In this document: positions 24,860 to 37,084 of the stretch, piece after piece
How positions within the stretch are numbered: position 1 is the first letter of the stretch
How the letters are laid out: each line of letters starts with the position of its first letter
Source: Octopus sinensis
Lineage: Eukaryota
Direction of reading: 5' to 3'
Length of the DNA: 64,000 nucleotides
NCBI RefSeq assembly: GCF_006345805.1
Contig: NC_043001.1
Coordinates: 91,698,001 to 91,762,000 of the forward strand
The notes under the pieces: generated by a model
Told to the model about the DNA's origin: nothing
Databases searched by the model: none
What the model saw: the letters and a program-made list of their open reading frames with translations, nothing else
Position numbers and translations under genes: made by a program

Positions 24860-25429
24860 TATTGGGCTGTCCGGAAAGTTCAGGCCGATTTTTATAGGAA
24901 AGAAAAAGGGCAATAAATACTTGCCATTACATTTTTAATCAACCAAATATGAACCATTTTGTTGCACAGTGCGTCTCCATCTTTCCTTTCGCTTGAAAAT
25001 ACCCTCTTCTCAGAATTGAGGTGGTTTCATAGCAAAGTATTCATCAAGGTATCTTTTTACGTCATCCAAGAAATTGAAATTTTTACCATTAAGACTATTC
25101 TGCAGAGACCTGAATAAGTGGAAATCCGAAGAAGCAATATCTGGTGAATATGGAGGGTGAAGTAACACATCCCAGCCGAGCTGCAGCAATTTTTTTCTGG
25201 TTCCCAAAGCATCAAGTGCCGAAAATGAACTTTGTTATCTTCTATTTTAAAGGGTTACAGAATTAACACAGGTTATAGGAACATAACCCTTCTTCCACGA
25301 AAAGATAGCTTAAACTGTGCTCTAAATGGAAGTGTAGTCAAATCCTATTTTATGGACTCAACCACGTTCTAAAATAAGTCGAAATTTAAGCTACTACAAA
25401 TCGGCGCGAACTTTCCGGACAACCGAATA
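24860..25429 (-). mobile_element. Internally deleted mariner, copy 2
   Basis: Same TIRs and deletion as copy 1; HPPYSPDIASSDFHLFRSLQN. Confidence 0.9.
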
Positions 25430-25514
25430 TATTACGGATATAATTTAACCGCTGCCCACCTGCAAAATTTCTGTTTTAAAGAGGGTTGAGGTAAAATTTT
25501 TCCCATGATTAATA

Positions 25515-25793
25515 ATCCTTTCTACAATTGGCACAAGACCTGAAATTTTGGGGAAAGGGCTAGTCGATTAGATCGACTCCAGTAAGGAACTAGCACTTAT
25601 TTCATCGACCCCGAAAGGATGAGAGGTAAAGTCGACCTCGGCGGAATTTGAACTCAGAACGTAAAGACGGACGAAATTCCGTTAAGCATTTTGTCGGGAG
25701 TACTAACGATTCTGCAAGCTCGCCGCTTTAACAACAACAACAACAACAACAATACTACTACTACTACTATACTACTACTACTACTACTACTAC

Positions 25794-25836
<43 letters not shown>

Positions 25837-25846
25837 TAATAATAAC

Positions 25847-25909
<63 letters not shown>

Positions 25910-26112
25910 CCTTTCTACTATAGGCACAAGGCCTGAAATTTGGGGGTAGGAGGATAGTTGATTACATCGACTCCATTGCGTAACTGGTACTTATTTCATC
26001 GACCCGTAAAGGATGAAAGGCAAAGTTAACCTCGGCGGAATTTGAACCAAGGATATAGCTAATGACGAAATACCGCTAAGCATTTCGCCCGGCGTGCTAA
26101 TGATTCTGCCAG
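25515..26112 (-). mobile_element. Two tRNA-derived SINE family C copies separated by (AAC)(TAC)(AAT)n
   Basis: aatcctttctac..ggcacaag..aaaggcaaagtcgacctcggcggaatttgaactcagaacg at about 25515-25730 and 25908-26112. Confidence 0.85.
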
Positions 26113-26294
26113 CGGACACAAGATTAGCAATTTCTGGACGGTGGGAATAAATTTAATCTAGCTCAGTAAGTGACGAGTACCTTATTTAATCGTCCCCGAA
26201 GGAATGAAAGGCAAGACTGACTTCCGCGCCTCTTGAACTCGGAACTTCAAAAGACGTAACTATTGAGTTAGTGTATAATTATTGCGGCTTTTTC

Positions 26295-27097
26295 CAACAA
26301 ATTTTATTCAACAAAACCAACCCCGACCCCGAAACATAAACATATGTTATGGTCCCTGAAACTATTAATTATTGATCTCAGAGGCGAATAGATCGGCAGA
26401 ATCATTAGCGAGCTGGATAAAACTCCTTGTGATGTTTCTTCCAGATTGCTACGTTCGAAGTTCAATATCCCACCGAGGTCAACTTTGCCTTTTGTTTTTC
26501 CCAACTCAATAAAGTAAACTACAAGTCATATGCTAGCCCCTCCCCTCAAAGTTGCCAGCATTATCATTAGACCCTTAATTAGAAACAATTAAAAGGGACC
26601 ATAACATATGTTTATGTTTCGGGGTCGGGGTTGTAACATAAACATATTTAAATGAATATTCCGGATCATATTCACCATCTACTTCACTTACTGCTTCCCA
26701 TTTGCTTAGCAGATGGTCAGACCGTCATTTAAAGATGTTTTTGCTAAATATTGTTCTTGTTTTTATTGAATAAAATTTGTTGAAAACACGTCGCACTAAA
26801 TTACGCAGCAACCCAATAATTACATATCTTTTCCGAAACTTCACCGTCCTTTTAATTGTTTCTAATTAAGGATCTAATGATAATGCTGGCAACTTTGAGG
26901 GAGGGGCTAGCATATGACTTGTAGTTTACTTTATTGAGTTAGGAAAAACAAAAGGCAAAGCTGACCTCGGTGGGATATTGAACTTCGAACGTAGCAATCT
27001 GGAAGAAACATCACAAGGAGTTTTATCCGGCTCGCTAATGATTCTGCCGATCTATCCGCCTCTGAGATCAATAATTAATAGTTTCAGGGACCATAAG
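26295..27097. repeat. Complex local inverted duplication containing a SINE C fragment
   Basis: About 26351-26598 is inverted at about 26845-27095; shorter inverted patches also occur (see findings). Confidence 0.85.
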
Positions 27098-27147
27098 CTA
27101 TATGCTCTATAAAAATATTTAGGATAATGATAACTTTGTATTTTTTT

Positions 27148-27525
27148 TTTGTTACTTGTTTCAGTAATTAGACTGCAGGCATGTTCGGTTACCGCCTTGA
27201 CGAATTTTAGACGAACAAAGCGACCCCAGAAAGCTTGGTATTTATTCTATAGGTCTCTTGTAGCGAACTGCTTAGTTACGGGGAACGTAAACACACCAAC
27301 ACCGGTTGTCAAGCTGTGGTGGAGGACAAACACAGACACAAAGAAACAAACACACATAAACATACATACGATGGGCTTCTTTTAGTTTCCGTCTACCGAA
27401 TCCACTCACAAGGCCTTGGTCAACCCGAGGCCATCGTAGAAGACACTTGCCCAAGCTTCCACGCAGTACAACTGAATCTGGAACAATATGGCTGGAAAGC
27501 AAACTTCTTATCACACGGTCACGCC
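27148..27525 (-). mobile_element. SINE A, diverged
   Basis: Reverse-complement match to head, body and tail. Confidence 0.75.
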
Positions 27526-29152
27526 TGCATCGATATACAAGTCTATACACCAGTCCTTCTTTTATAAACAAATCTTCATCCTGGGTCAATGCATAATAAC
27601 TATTTCCGAGAATGTCACAAGAACAGAAACTATTTAGTGGTAGGAAGGGTTTAGTTAATAAAACCTTCAATCAATATATTATATTGAACTTGCTTCATTA
27701 GCCAATGTTTGAATGGTACTTAATTTATCGACCTCTGTGGTGGAACTGGGATGACGACATGCATAGTGGACCATTGTGGGTACTGGACTCGGCATAAAGA
27801 ACAGGAATACATGCCATAAGGTAGTATTTTTGAACCCATTGTTTTGAATCGATGAAATACGTACTAGTTGAGCACTGGGGTCAATGTGATCGACTTACTC
27901 TCACCCCATCATTGCTGGCCTTGTGCCAAAATTTGAAACCGATATTATTATTGGTGACAAAGCCGAAGAGCAAAAAAAAAGAAGTGGTGGGGAAGACGGA
28001 GGACGCGGTTGGTGATGATTACAACGACGACAATGATGAGGACGGCGACCACGATAAGAAAGAGAAAGGGGAGATAGAGGAAGAAAAGAGAAGAGACGTG
28101 CGATCCGTCTCGTATCGCAAACCTGTTGAGTAAGCGTGACTGACGGTGTAATAGAAACCGACAGTGAAGCGATAAGTACAAATGAATGGGAGTGAGAGGT
28201 GGGGTTGCTTAGAAAGAGATAAAAAGATTTGTTAGAATACAGGGACATCCTCCTATCAGTACAGCTGGCTCTGTCATTCTAGCTAAGAACTTTAAAGATA
28301 TTCTTGGCGAATAGGTGTGGCGGTTACTTGATTACTTTATTACCAGGGCAGTTCGACGATGTGTCTTATTTATTTATAGTAATACGATTAGGTTTCAATG
28401 CCGACCTGCACACTATCTTCAGGTAAACACCACCTCACTTGACTCAGCGATATAGTTTCCTTTTTATATTTTTATTTAATATATTATATCTGTAGTGGGA
28501 GGGGTTTAACTATCAACAAATCTACGTTACTTTCTTCCCTACGATATTAGGTGTGTATTTATTATTGTTATTATACTCTAATGAGGGGCAAGGAAAAGGT
28601 AATGAAAAGAGGATATTAACTGTGTGACTCATACACACACACATATTGTCTGTGAATCATTATATATATATATACATATGTGTCTGTGTGCGTATGCATG
28701 TGGGTGTGGGTGTCCATTTTGTACGTGTGTACGTTCATATAAGCTAAATAAACACAAAAAATGATACGGCTAATTTCAAATGTATCTGTCTAATCACGTG
28801 CTATTGGTTCAATAGAGTGTGTTTGTGAAGGGTACACAAGACTTCCGTGGATTTTTTTTTATTTATTCAGGCTTTTGAGTTCGAGGTGAATGACCTTATT
28901 TTTGAGATATTTACTCAGGGAAATTGATCTGTAACAAATTGCATTTGCTATGGATCAATTTTATATCAAAGTCATAGAGAAATAGTTTCTAACAGGTGCA
29001 TAATGCTGAGGTGCAGAGGAAATAGTAGACTTTCAGAAGTTAAAAGAATTGTAAACAGTTTAACCTAAAAGGTAAAGGATTCCTGAAATGGGTGTGCAAC
29101 CTCTAACTCGTGAGCTCTTTCATTCTATAGAGCAAATGTTTTTCCTATAAAA

Positions 29153-30320
29153 AAGATTACTGGTCTTGTGCTTAAATCTGAAATTACAAGGCAGGGTTGT
29201 TAGCGCGTCGGACAAAACGCTCAGTGGAATTTTTCCGGCTCTTTACGTTCTATCTTCAAATATCACCGAAATCAAGTTTACCATATCTCCTTTTGGGGTC
29301 GATAAAAGGAAATATCAATCAAATGTTGGGGTCAATGGTATCACTTAACCCTCTTCTCCTAAAGCTGCTGGACAAGTGCCAAACTTCGAAATCATTCTCG
29401 AACGTAAAGAAATGGAAAAAATTCCACTGAGCGTTTTGTCCGACGCGCTAACGACGCTGCCTTGTAATTTCAGATTTAAGCGCAAGACCAGTAATTTTTT
29501 TGAGGGTGGAGAGAATTAGTCGATACCATTGAATCCTGTACTTTGGATTATTGACCTCCAAAACGATGAAAAGTAAAGTTAATCTCGGCGGGATTTGAAC
29601 TCAGAATGTAAAGAGCTATGATTAAATACCAGAAGGCATTTTGTCAGAGTCTCTGCCAATTTAATACCATCAGTAATAACAAGTCCTAATTTAGAAACAA
29701 GGTCAGCAATGTTTGAAGGGAGAAGTGGTAGGCGATGATATCAATTAGTCTTAACAAGTACTTTATTTCATCGAGCTCAAAAAAAAAAAAGAAAAGGTAA
29801 AAAGTTGTCCTCGGAGGAATTTGAACCAACATAGCAAGACATTTTGGTAACATTCTAACGATTATTTCATCACCCTAAGAATAATACGAGTTATTTCTTA
29901 TTAGGTTGAAAACCAGCCGTATTGAGGAGAAGGGTTTAGTCGATTGTATTGACGCCAGTGGAATGAAAGGCAGAGTTGACTTCAACGAGCTTTGAACTCA
30001 GAACGTAAAGAACCACAAGAAATGCTGTATGATATTTTATCCGATGTTCTAATGAATCTGACGAGTTCCAAGAGACGATAATGTGTCCCTAAAATTAATG
30101 GAGACATTTTCGAAATATAAGAATCTGGAAATTTAGATGCCAAAATGTGGAGAGTGAAAACTGAAACAATCTTTATGATAATCCTTTCTACTAAAGGCAC
30201 AAGGTCTGCAATTTGAGGAGAGAGGGCTAGTTGATTACATTGACTCCAGTGTATCACTGGTATCTAATTTATCAACCCCGAAAGATGAATTTGAACTCAA
30301 ATAGTTCGTCCATGAAGACG
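29153..30320. mobile_element. Cluster of diverged SINE C fragments, including an approximately 80-bp inverted duplication (29153-29236 / 29414-29496)
   Basis: Repeated ctcggcgggatttgaactcagaa motifs at about 29580, 29810, 29980 and 30290. Confidence 0.7.
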
Positions 30321-30349
30321 GACGAACTATCTTTATAATAATACGTTTG

Positions 30350-30775
30350 TCTTTTATTTATTTCTGTCACTGGACAGCGGCCATGCTGGAGTATTGCCTT
30401 GAAGGATTTAATCGACAAAAATCACACTAGTACTTGTTTTTAAGTCTGGTACTTATTCTATAGCTATCTTGTGCCGAACCACTTAGTTACAGGTGCGTAG
30501 ATAATCACCGGTTGCTAAGCAGTAGAGACAGACAAACACACACACACACACACACATACACACACACAAACACACACACTCCCTTTCTCACATACGCACA
30601 CACAAACGCACATATATGACGGGCTCCCAAATGTTTCCGCTTCCCAAATTAATTCTCAAACACTGGTCGGACAGGGGCCATAGTAGAAAACACTCGCCCA
30701 AAGTGATATGCAGTGGGACTGAACCTGAAACCACGTAACTGCAAAGCGAGCTTCTTAGCCACACAACTATGCCAC
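30350..30775 (-). mobile_element. SINE A, old copy
   Basis: Diverged reverse-complement match. Confidence 0.65.
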
Positions 30776-30899
30776 TTTCTTTTGGAGTAGTAGGAAGGAT
30801 TTAAAAAAATATTCAGACAAATGTGTACCTAAACCCCAGTACTTCGAAATATGCATAATACATAGAAAATAACACAGGTGAGCATTTCACACATTTTGT

Positions 30900-31069
30900 G
30901 TAGGCGTAGAAGTGGCTGTGTGGTAAGTAGCTTGCTTACGAACCACATGGTTCCGGGTTCAGTCCCACTGCGTAGTATCTTGGGCAAGTGTCTTCTGCTA
31001 TAGCCTCGGGCCGACCAAAGCCTTGTAAGTGGATTTGGTAGACGGAAACTGAAAGAAGCCCGTCGTATG

Positions 31070-31150
<81 letters not shown>

Positions 31151-31365
31151 ATGTTTCTGTGTCTGTGTTTGTCCCCCCAACATCGCTTGACAACCGATGC
31201 TGGTGTGTTTACGTCCCCGTAACTTAGCGGTTCGGCAAAAGACACCGATAGAATAAGTACTAGGCTTCCAAAGAATAAGTCATGGGGTCGATTTGGTCGA
31301 CTAAAGGCGGTGCTCCAGCATGGCCACAGTCAAATGACTGAAAGAAGTAAAAGAGTAAAAGAGTA
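30900..31365 (+). mobile_element. SINE A, full length
   Basis: Complete match. Confidence 0.9.
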
Positions 31366-31502
31366 CTATAAATTAAATAGAAGGCATAAAACCTAAACAA
31401 AACACAAACTATACAAGATGTATAGAAATGCATTCAGTTGTACTGTGAAAACTTGCAATAAGAATAAAACAAGAATGTTAATCGGGCATATGTGGTTGCT
31501 AA

Positions 31503-32472
31503 GATGTCTGATCAAAAAGAATCGGGACTGGTGCTATAAAAAGAAAACTCATCACGTGACAATCCAGCATTTAATCTCATCTCCTTCGAAGTAGTCCTGT
31601 TCTGAAGGCACACACTTTACCCAGAGTCGTTTCCATCGATGGAAACATTCCTGAAACTCATTTTTAGGGGATAGCGAGCTGCAGCCGTGTCGCATTCTCT
31701 TGAACTTCCTCGATGTCTCGAAATCTTATTGTTGTTTGTTTGGTCCTTCTCGAGCCTTGGCTCAGAGGGCCGGTTTCCCGGTTTCCTTGGCGCATAGGTG
31801 CCCCACCTGGACGGGACGCCGGTCTGTCGCAGGTGAGCTGGAGATGCAGGAGGAAAGAGTGAGAGAAAGTTGTGGCGAAAGAGTCAGCAGAAGTTCGCCA
31901 TTACCTTCTGCCGGAGCCGTGTGGAACTTAGGTGTTTCGCTCATAAACAGACACATCACCCTGTCTGAGATTCGAACCCGTGATCCCTCGACCGCGAGTC
32001 CGCTGCTCTAACCACTAGGCCATGTGCCTCCACCGAAATCTTATTGGGTGTGTGGGTGTGTGTGTGGGTTCTGGGTCTTCCATTGCAAAGACTGAGCCTT
32101 GGTTTCGGGGTCATGGCCATTAGACACACCATTCATCACCTGTTATGACCATTTTCAAGATGTTTTCGACTTCCTCGGCACAGTTAGGGAAATCCTACGC
32201 TGCTGAAACTGTATCGTCTTTTTGAGACGACCACACTCTACACACTTTACTTTAAAGAACTGCTATAAAAGATGGAAGTAATTGAGAACGTTATAACTTA
32301 GTGTGCATGCGTGATTGTTCAAGGTCAATCTGTGCCAAGCGGCTTCACTCTGCGCACTTTAACACCGTTGCCATAGCAACATTCCCAGTACTTTTTGATC
32401 AGACCTTGTATGTCTAGTAGATCTAGTGATCACGTAGAAGTATCTTCAATATCTCGTCTTTAGTACAGGGGA
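31503..32472 (-). mobile_element. Internally deleted mariner interrupted by a SINE
   Basis: TIRs tctgatcaaaaag / ctttttgatcagaccttgta. Minus frames read ITGDE..HDPETKAQS.QWK, and the C-terminus reads FQECFHRWKR..CV...DYFEGD. Confidence 0.75.
31732..32033 (-). mobile_element. SINE B, body 2, with 13-bp TSD
   Basis: TSD cgaaatcttattg at 31719-31731 and 32034-32046. Confidence 0.9.
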
Positions 32473-32619
32473 TTCTACTAATGGTGAAAGTGGAGATGGA
32501 TAAGGCTGTTAATGTTTATATTCAATAACGGAAGAAATGATTTTCAAATAACAGGGAGATGTTACATTATTTACATTATTTACATTCGACGGATATTTGT
32601 CCTCATGTTGTTTGTTGTT

Positions 32620-32665
32620 AACACATCGTTTCGGCTGATATACCCTCCAGCCTTCATCAGGTGTC
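32620..32665 (-). ncRNA. Minimal type I hammerhead motif
   Basis: gacac-CTGATGA-a-ggctg..cagcc-GAAAC-GAT-gtgtt. GAT replaces the GTT of sister copies, so this copy is probably inactive. Confidence 0.65.
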
Positions 32666-32734
32666 TTGGGGAGATTTCGAGCCTGGGTTCTCATTCCTAT
32701 TTTTCGATGCTATTATTACTACTACTACTACTAC

Positions 32735-32786
<52 letters not shown>

Positions 32787-32814
32787 GTTGTTGTTGTTGT
32801 TGTTGTTGTTGTTC

Positions 32815-32887
32815 AGGTCACTGCTTGGAATCGAACTCGGAATCTTGGGGTTAGTAGCCCGCGCTCTTAACCACTACGCCATATGCC
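32815..32887 (-). ncRNA. tRNA-like SINE head (Pol III boxes A and B)
   Basis: GGCATA-TGGCGTAGTGG-TTAAGAGCGCGGG-CTACTAA-CCCCAAGATTCC-GAGTTCGATTCC. The acceptor stem is poor, so this is not a functional tRNA. Confidence 0.75.
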
Positions 32888-32928
32888 CTGAAGAAGGCTG
32901 GAGGGTATATCAGCCGAAACGTTGTGTT
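32888..32928 (+). ncRNA. Hammerhead core lacking the 5' strand of stem I
   Basis: CTGAAGA-a-ggctg..cagcc-GAAAC-GTT-gtgtt, starting immediately at the tRNA-head junction. Confidence 0.65.
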
Positions 32929-33454
32929 AATAACAAACACCACGAGGACAAATATCCGTCGAATGTAAATAATATAAATAATGTAAATAATGTACACAGT
33001 TCCTCATCTCTTAAATATAGAAGGGAGATGTTAGTTGACGTTATCGACCGTGCACTTAACTGGCACTTTTTTATCGACCCAAAAATGTACGAAACATAAG
33101 GATGAGCACGTCGTAATTTGAAACCAGAAAGTAAAGAACCAGAAAAAATATCGCATTGCATTTTGTTCGACGCTCTAGCGATTCTGCTAGCTCTCAAAAA
33201 GTGAGAGTGTTTGGTGGAGAACATTTATTACATGTACTGCATAATTCTTTTTGTAAAGTAGTGACCAGGGCAGAATCATTTGCATGCAGGGCAAAATGCT
33301 TAACGGCGTTTATTCCAGTTTTTTACAAACTGGTTCAAAATTTCCTGGGGGTTGTCTTTCCTCTTTTAGGGGTCGATAAAATAAGTACCATGTAAGTACA
33401 GGGGTTGATGTCATCCTCTAGTTCCTCCCAACAAAAATGTCAGGCCTTGTGCTT

Positions 33455-33942
33455 ATACAGGGTGGACCAAAATGATCTGGCACATTTGGAGGCTTAATAA
33501 AAGCACAAAATAAGAAATAATGAAAAGAAAAATTTTATTTTCTGAATGTACATATGCTGCCATTTTACTTAAATCAGCTAAACGCTTCCCATCATTGTCA
33601 ACATACTGTTGGAGACATTCATGAAAGTAATCGATAACTCTATGGATCATTTCTTCTGGAATGGTTGTTATTTCTACACAAATTGCACGTTTTAATTCAT
33701 CAATAGATCGAGGGCGATGATTGAAGACTTTTGATTTTAAATATCCCCACAAAAAGAAATCAAATTTCACCATTCCAGAAGAAATGATCCATAGAGTTAT
33801 CGATAACTTTCATGAACGTCTCCAACAGTGTGTTGACAATGATGGGAAGCATTTAGCTGATTTAATTTTAAAAATTTAATGAAATATTTTGTGCTTTTAT
33901 TAAGCCTCCAAATGTGTCAGTTCATTTTGGTCCACCCTGTAT
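33455..33942. mobile_element. IS630-Tc1-mariner-derived MITE made of two inverted right ends
   Basis: TIRs tacagggtggaccaaaatga / tcattttggtccaccctgta. Both halves carry the transposase C-terminus (DFFLWGYLKSKVF..RSIDELK..IPEEMIHRV). Confidence 0.85.
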
Positions 33943-34441
33943 TAGAAAGAATTTTATAATTCTTCGTCCAGAACTATACATAAAAGTATTACATTATAAT
34001 ATTCAGGTCGCTATAGTGCAAACATACTCATAGAACATCGTTAAGAGTGACTGAATTAGACAAGCTTTTAGCTATAATTGTACTATTATTTAATATAGAA
34101 TTAACCAAATTGAACTTTCGATGTTAACATTTGAGAGTAGACTTTTCAGTGCAAAATGTTTGCAACAAAACATGATACACCGTCTATTGGTATACAACGG
34201 TTCCTATGAAACAGCCATATGTATCCATTTCCTTTAAAGTTCTTTCACGAAATAAGCCCGAAGTCGAATAAACAAAGTAATTAACACATCATCGGTGGAA
34301 TGGTAATCTTCATTTGGCGGTAATAATATAATTTGATTATACATTAAGGACTTTACCATCCCATCGCTGACTCAACGGCTTTATACACAACAAATGTACA
34401 TACAAATATATATATAAATACATACATCAATATATAGGTAT

Positions 34442-34486
<45 letters not shown>

Positions 34487-34589
34487 TATATATTATATAT
34501 ATACATGTATGTATAGATAGATATAAATATATATACACATATATGTAAAATAGGTACACGCACGCTAGCACACACATACACACCCACAT

Positions 34590-34635
<46 letters not shown>

Positions 34636-34792
34636 GCGTGTATATGTAAAACATGCATTACACACATTTTAGGTCACTCCCGTATTTAGACAAACGTTTT
34701 TGTATATTGGCTTCTATAATGTCTATGAGTATGTGTGCATGCATGCATGTATCTGTGTGTGTGTGTGTGCGTGTGCGTACGTGTGTGTGTGT

Positions 34793-34847
<55 letters not shown>

Positions 34848-35439
34848 GTGTGTGTGTGTGTGTGAGTGTGTGTGTGTGTGTGTGTTGTATCCATGCATGT
34901 ACGTACAGTTAGTCTTGTTGTTTGGTACACTGGGAAGATTTAGCAGGTCAGTGACATTGTTCCTATGTCAGTTCAGCGACTGTGACTCAAGAAAATAATA
35001 ATAAAAAAAAACAAGGATAAAACAAAGAAGAAGAAGAAAATGAATCTATACTATTACATGATAACTAAGTATTAAAATATGTGTAGGAAGGAACTTGCGG
35101 TAAGCCAATCACATTTTCCCGTCCTTGGCCTGTTGGTGATATATTCGTTTGAAAAACGCTTATCACTGAAAATGAAAAGAGCAAGACTGGCATTCGGTAA
35201 TCCTATCATGCTTCTATTGATTGTAACTCTGGCTTGTACGTGACAATAGTAACTATTTACGGGTGTAGATGCGAAATGGTTGCTATACAAAACTAAGGAC
35301 ACCATCATCATCAACATCATTGCCGTTGTCGTCGTCGTTATCATGATTATTATTATTATTATTATTATAATCGTCATCATCATCATCATCATCATTATCA
35401 TCATCATCATCATCATCATTATCATCATCATCATCATCA

Positions 35440-35498
<59 letters not shown>

Positions 35499-36052
35499 GA
35501 GTGAGAGAGCAGTGCATGCCATCAAAGTGACACTGGGGTAAAATATACGAAGCCCAATATACCCATCATGACTACCCGTCTGATAAAGGTACACCAGGCA
35601 CATGCATCACAACCATATGTGCGCGACATGGTGATCTCATATCAAGATAAACAGCACATGACCTTGCAAGTGGGGCCCAGTTAGAATTTTCTTCAGGTTG
35701 AGTAGCCCATCCCGCTCAAAAGGTCCCTGAATAAGGGTTGTTTAAGGATGTTGAAAGAACCACCCAGGTTTCCAGAGGTGAATTATTCAAACCCCAAAGA
35801 ATCCCTCTCAACACATGGCTATGATGCTCCCCCACTACTTCTGCTCGTGATCAGAGATGCACATATCGTCAGCCACTAAGGGACATGCTCAACTGGTTAA
35901 GGTCAAACAACTGACAAGCAAATCTGTGGTATTGAGCAGAATATTTGCTGTAGCCCATCTTTTATACCAAGACAAAACAATGTACATGATAACACTTCCA
36001 ATCAGTTAAGATCAGAAGCCATGAGAGCCACTGCCTGGTACTGCATCAGGAC

Positions 36053-36056
<4 letters not shown>
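35499..36056 (-). mobile_element. 557-bp (ATT)n-associated element, copy 2
   Basis: Full length, with ATT repeats on both sides. Confidence 0.9.
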
Positions 36057-36104
<48 letters not shown>

Positions 36105-36107
36105 GAG

Positions 36108-36365
36108 TAAGGTGGCGAGCTGGTCTTATGCCTATAGTCGAAAGGATTATTGAGTAAGGTGGCGAACTGGCAGAATCGTTAGCGGACGAAATGCTTAGCG
36201 GTATTTCGCCCGTCGCTACGTTCTGAGTTCAAATTCCGCCGAGGTCAACTTTACCTTTCATCCTTTCGGGTCGATAAAATGAGCACCAATTAAACATTGG
36301 GGTCGATGTAATCGACTCATCCGCTCTCTCAGAATTGCTGCCCTTGTGGCAAAATTTGAAACCGT
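36108..36365 (+). mobile_element. SINE C
   Basis: taaggtggcgaactggcagaatcgtt...gagttcaaattcc...aaatttgaaacc followed by (att)n. Confidence 0.85.
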
Positions 36366-36381
36366 TATTATTAATATTATT

Positions 36382-36866
36382 GAGTGAGAGAGCAGTGCGT
36401 GCCATCAAAGTGACACCGGAGTAAATCATACGAAATCCAGTATACCCATAATGACTACCCGTCTTATAAGGGTATACCAGGCACAGGCATCACAACCATA
36501 TGTGAGCAACATGGTGATCTCATACCAAGATAAACAACGCATGACCCTGTAGGTGGGGCCTAATTAGAATTTTCTTCAGGTCGAGTAGCCCATTCCGCTC
36601 AAAAGGTCCTGAATAAGGTTTGTTTAAGGATGGTGAACGCAACACTTATGCTTCCATAGGTGAATTATTCGAACCCCAAAGAATTCCTCTCAACACATGG
36701 CTATGATGCTCACCCACTATTTCTGCCCGTTATCAGAGATGCACTTTTCATCAGCCACCAAGGGACATGCTCAACTGGTTAAGATCGAACAACTGACAAG
36801 GTCAAACAATCTGTAGTATTGAGCAGAATATTTGCTGTAGCCCATATTTTATACCAAGACAAAACA
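36382..36866 (-). mobile_element. 557-bp element, copy 3 (truncated, diverged)
   Basis: Starts in the ATT tail of the preceding SINE C. Confidence 0.85.
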
Positions 36867-37084
36867 TAAGGAGGCGGCAAACTGGCAGCATCGTTTGAGC
36901 GTCAGAATAAAAAATGTTTCGCCGAAGTCAACGTTTCTTTTCACCCATCCGGAATCGAGTACTGAGGAAAATGGCGAGATTCAGGATCGCTAGCATAACG
37001 TACAAAATTCACCCCCACCTCTCTCTCTCCCTCTCTTTCTCTCTCTATCTCTATCTATCTATCTTTCTATGTATATATATATAC

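Larger units (their letters stand above)
32565..33021 (-). mobile_element. Composite: inverted pseudo-LTR, tRNA head, microsatellite, hammerhead pseudo-LTR; 12-bp TSD
   Basis: TSD agggagatgtta at 32553-32564 and 33022-33033; see findings. Confidence 0.8.

Noticed and set aside
28380-28428. Minus-strand CTGAAGA...GAAAC...GTA
   Set aside because: Stem I does not form; at best a decayed pseudo-LTR.
32815-32887. Possible tRNA-Ser(ACT) gene
   Set aside because: The acceptor stem does not pair and it is embedded in a repeat; treated as a SINE head.
35170-35245. Short signal-peptide-like ORF MKRARLAFGNPIMLLLIVTLACT
   Set aside because: It has 23 codons then a stop, with no credible splice donor or downstream exon.
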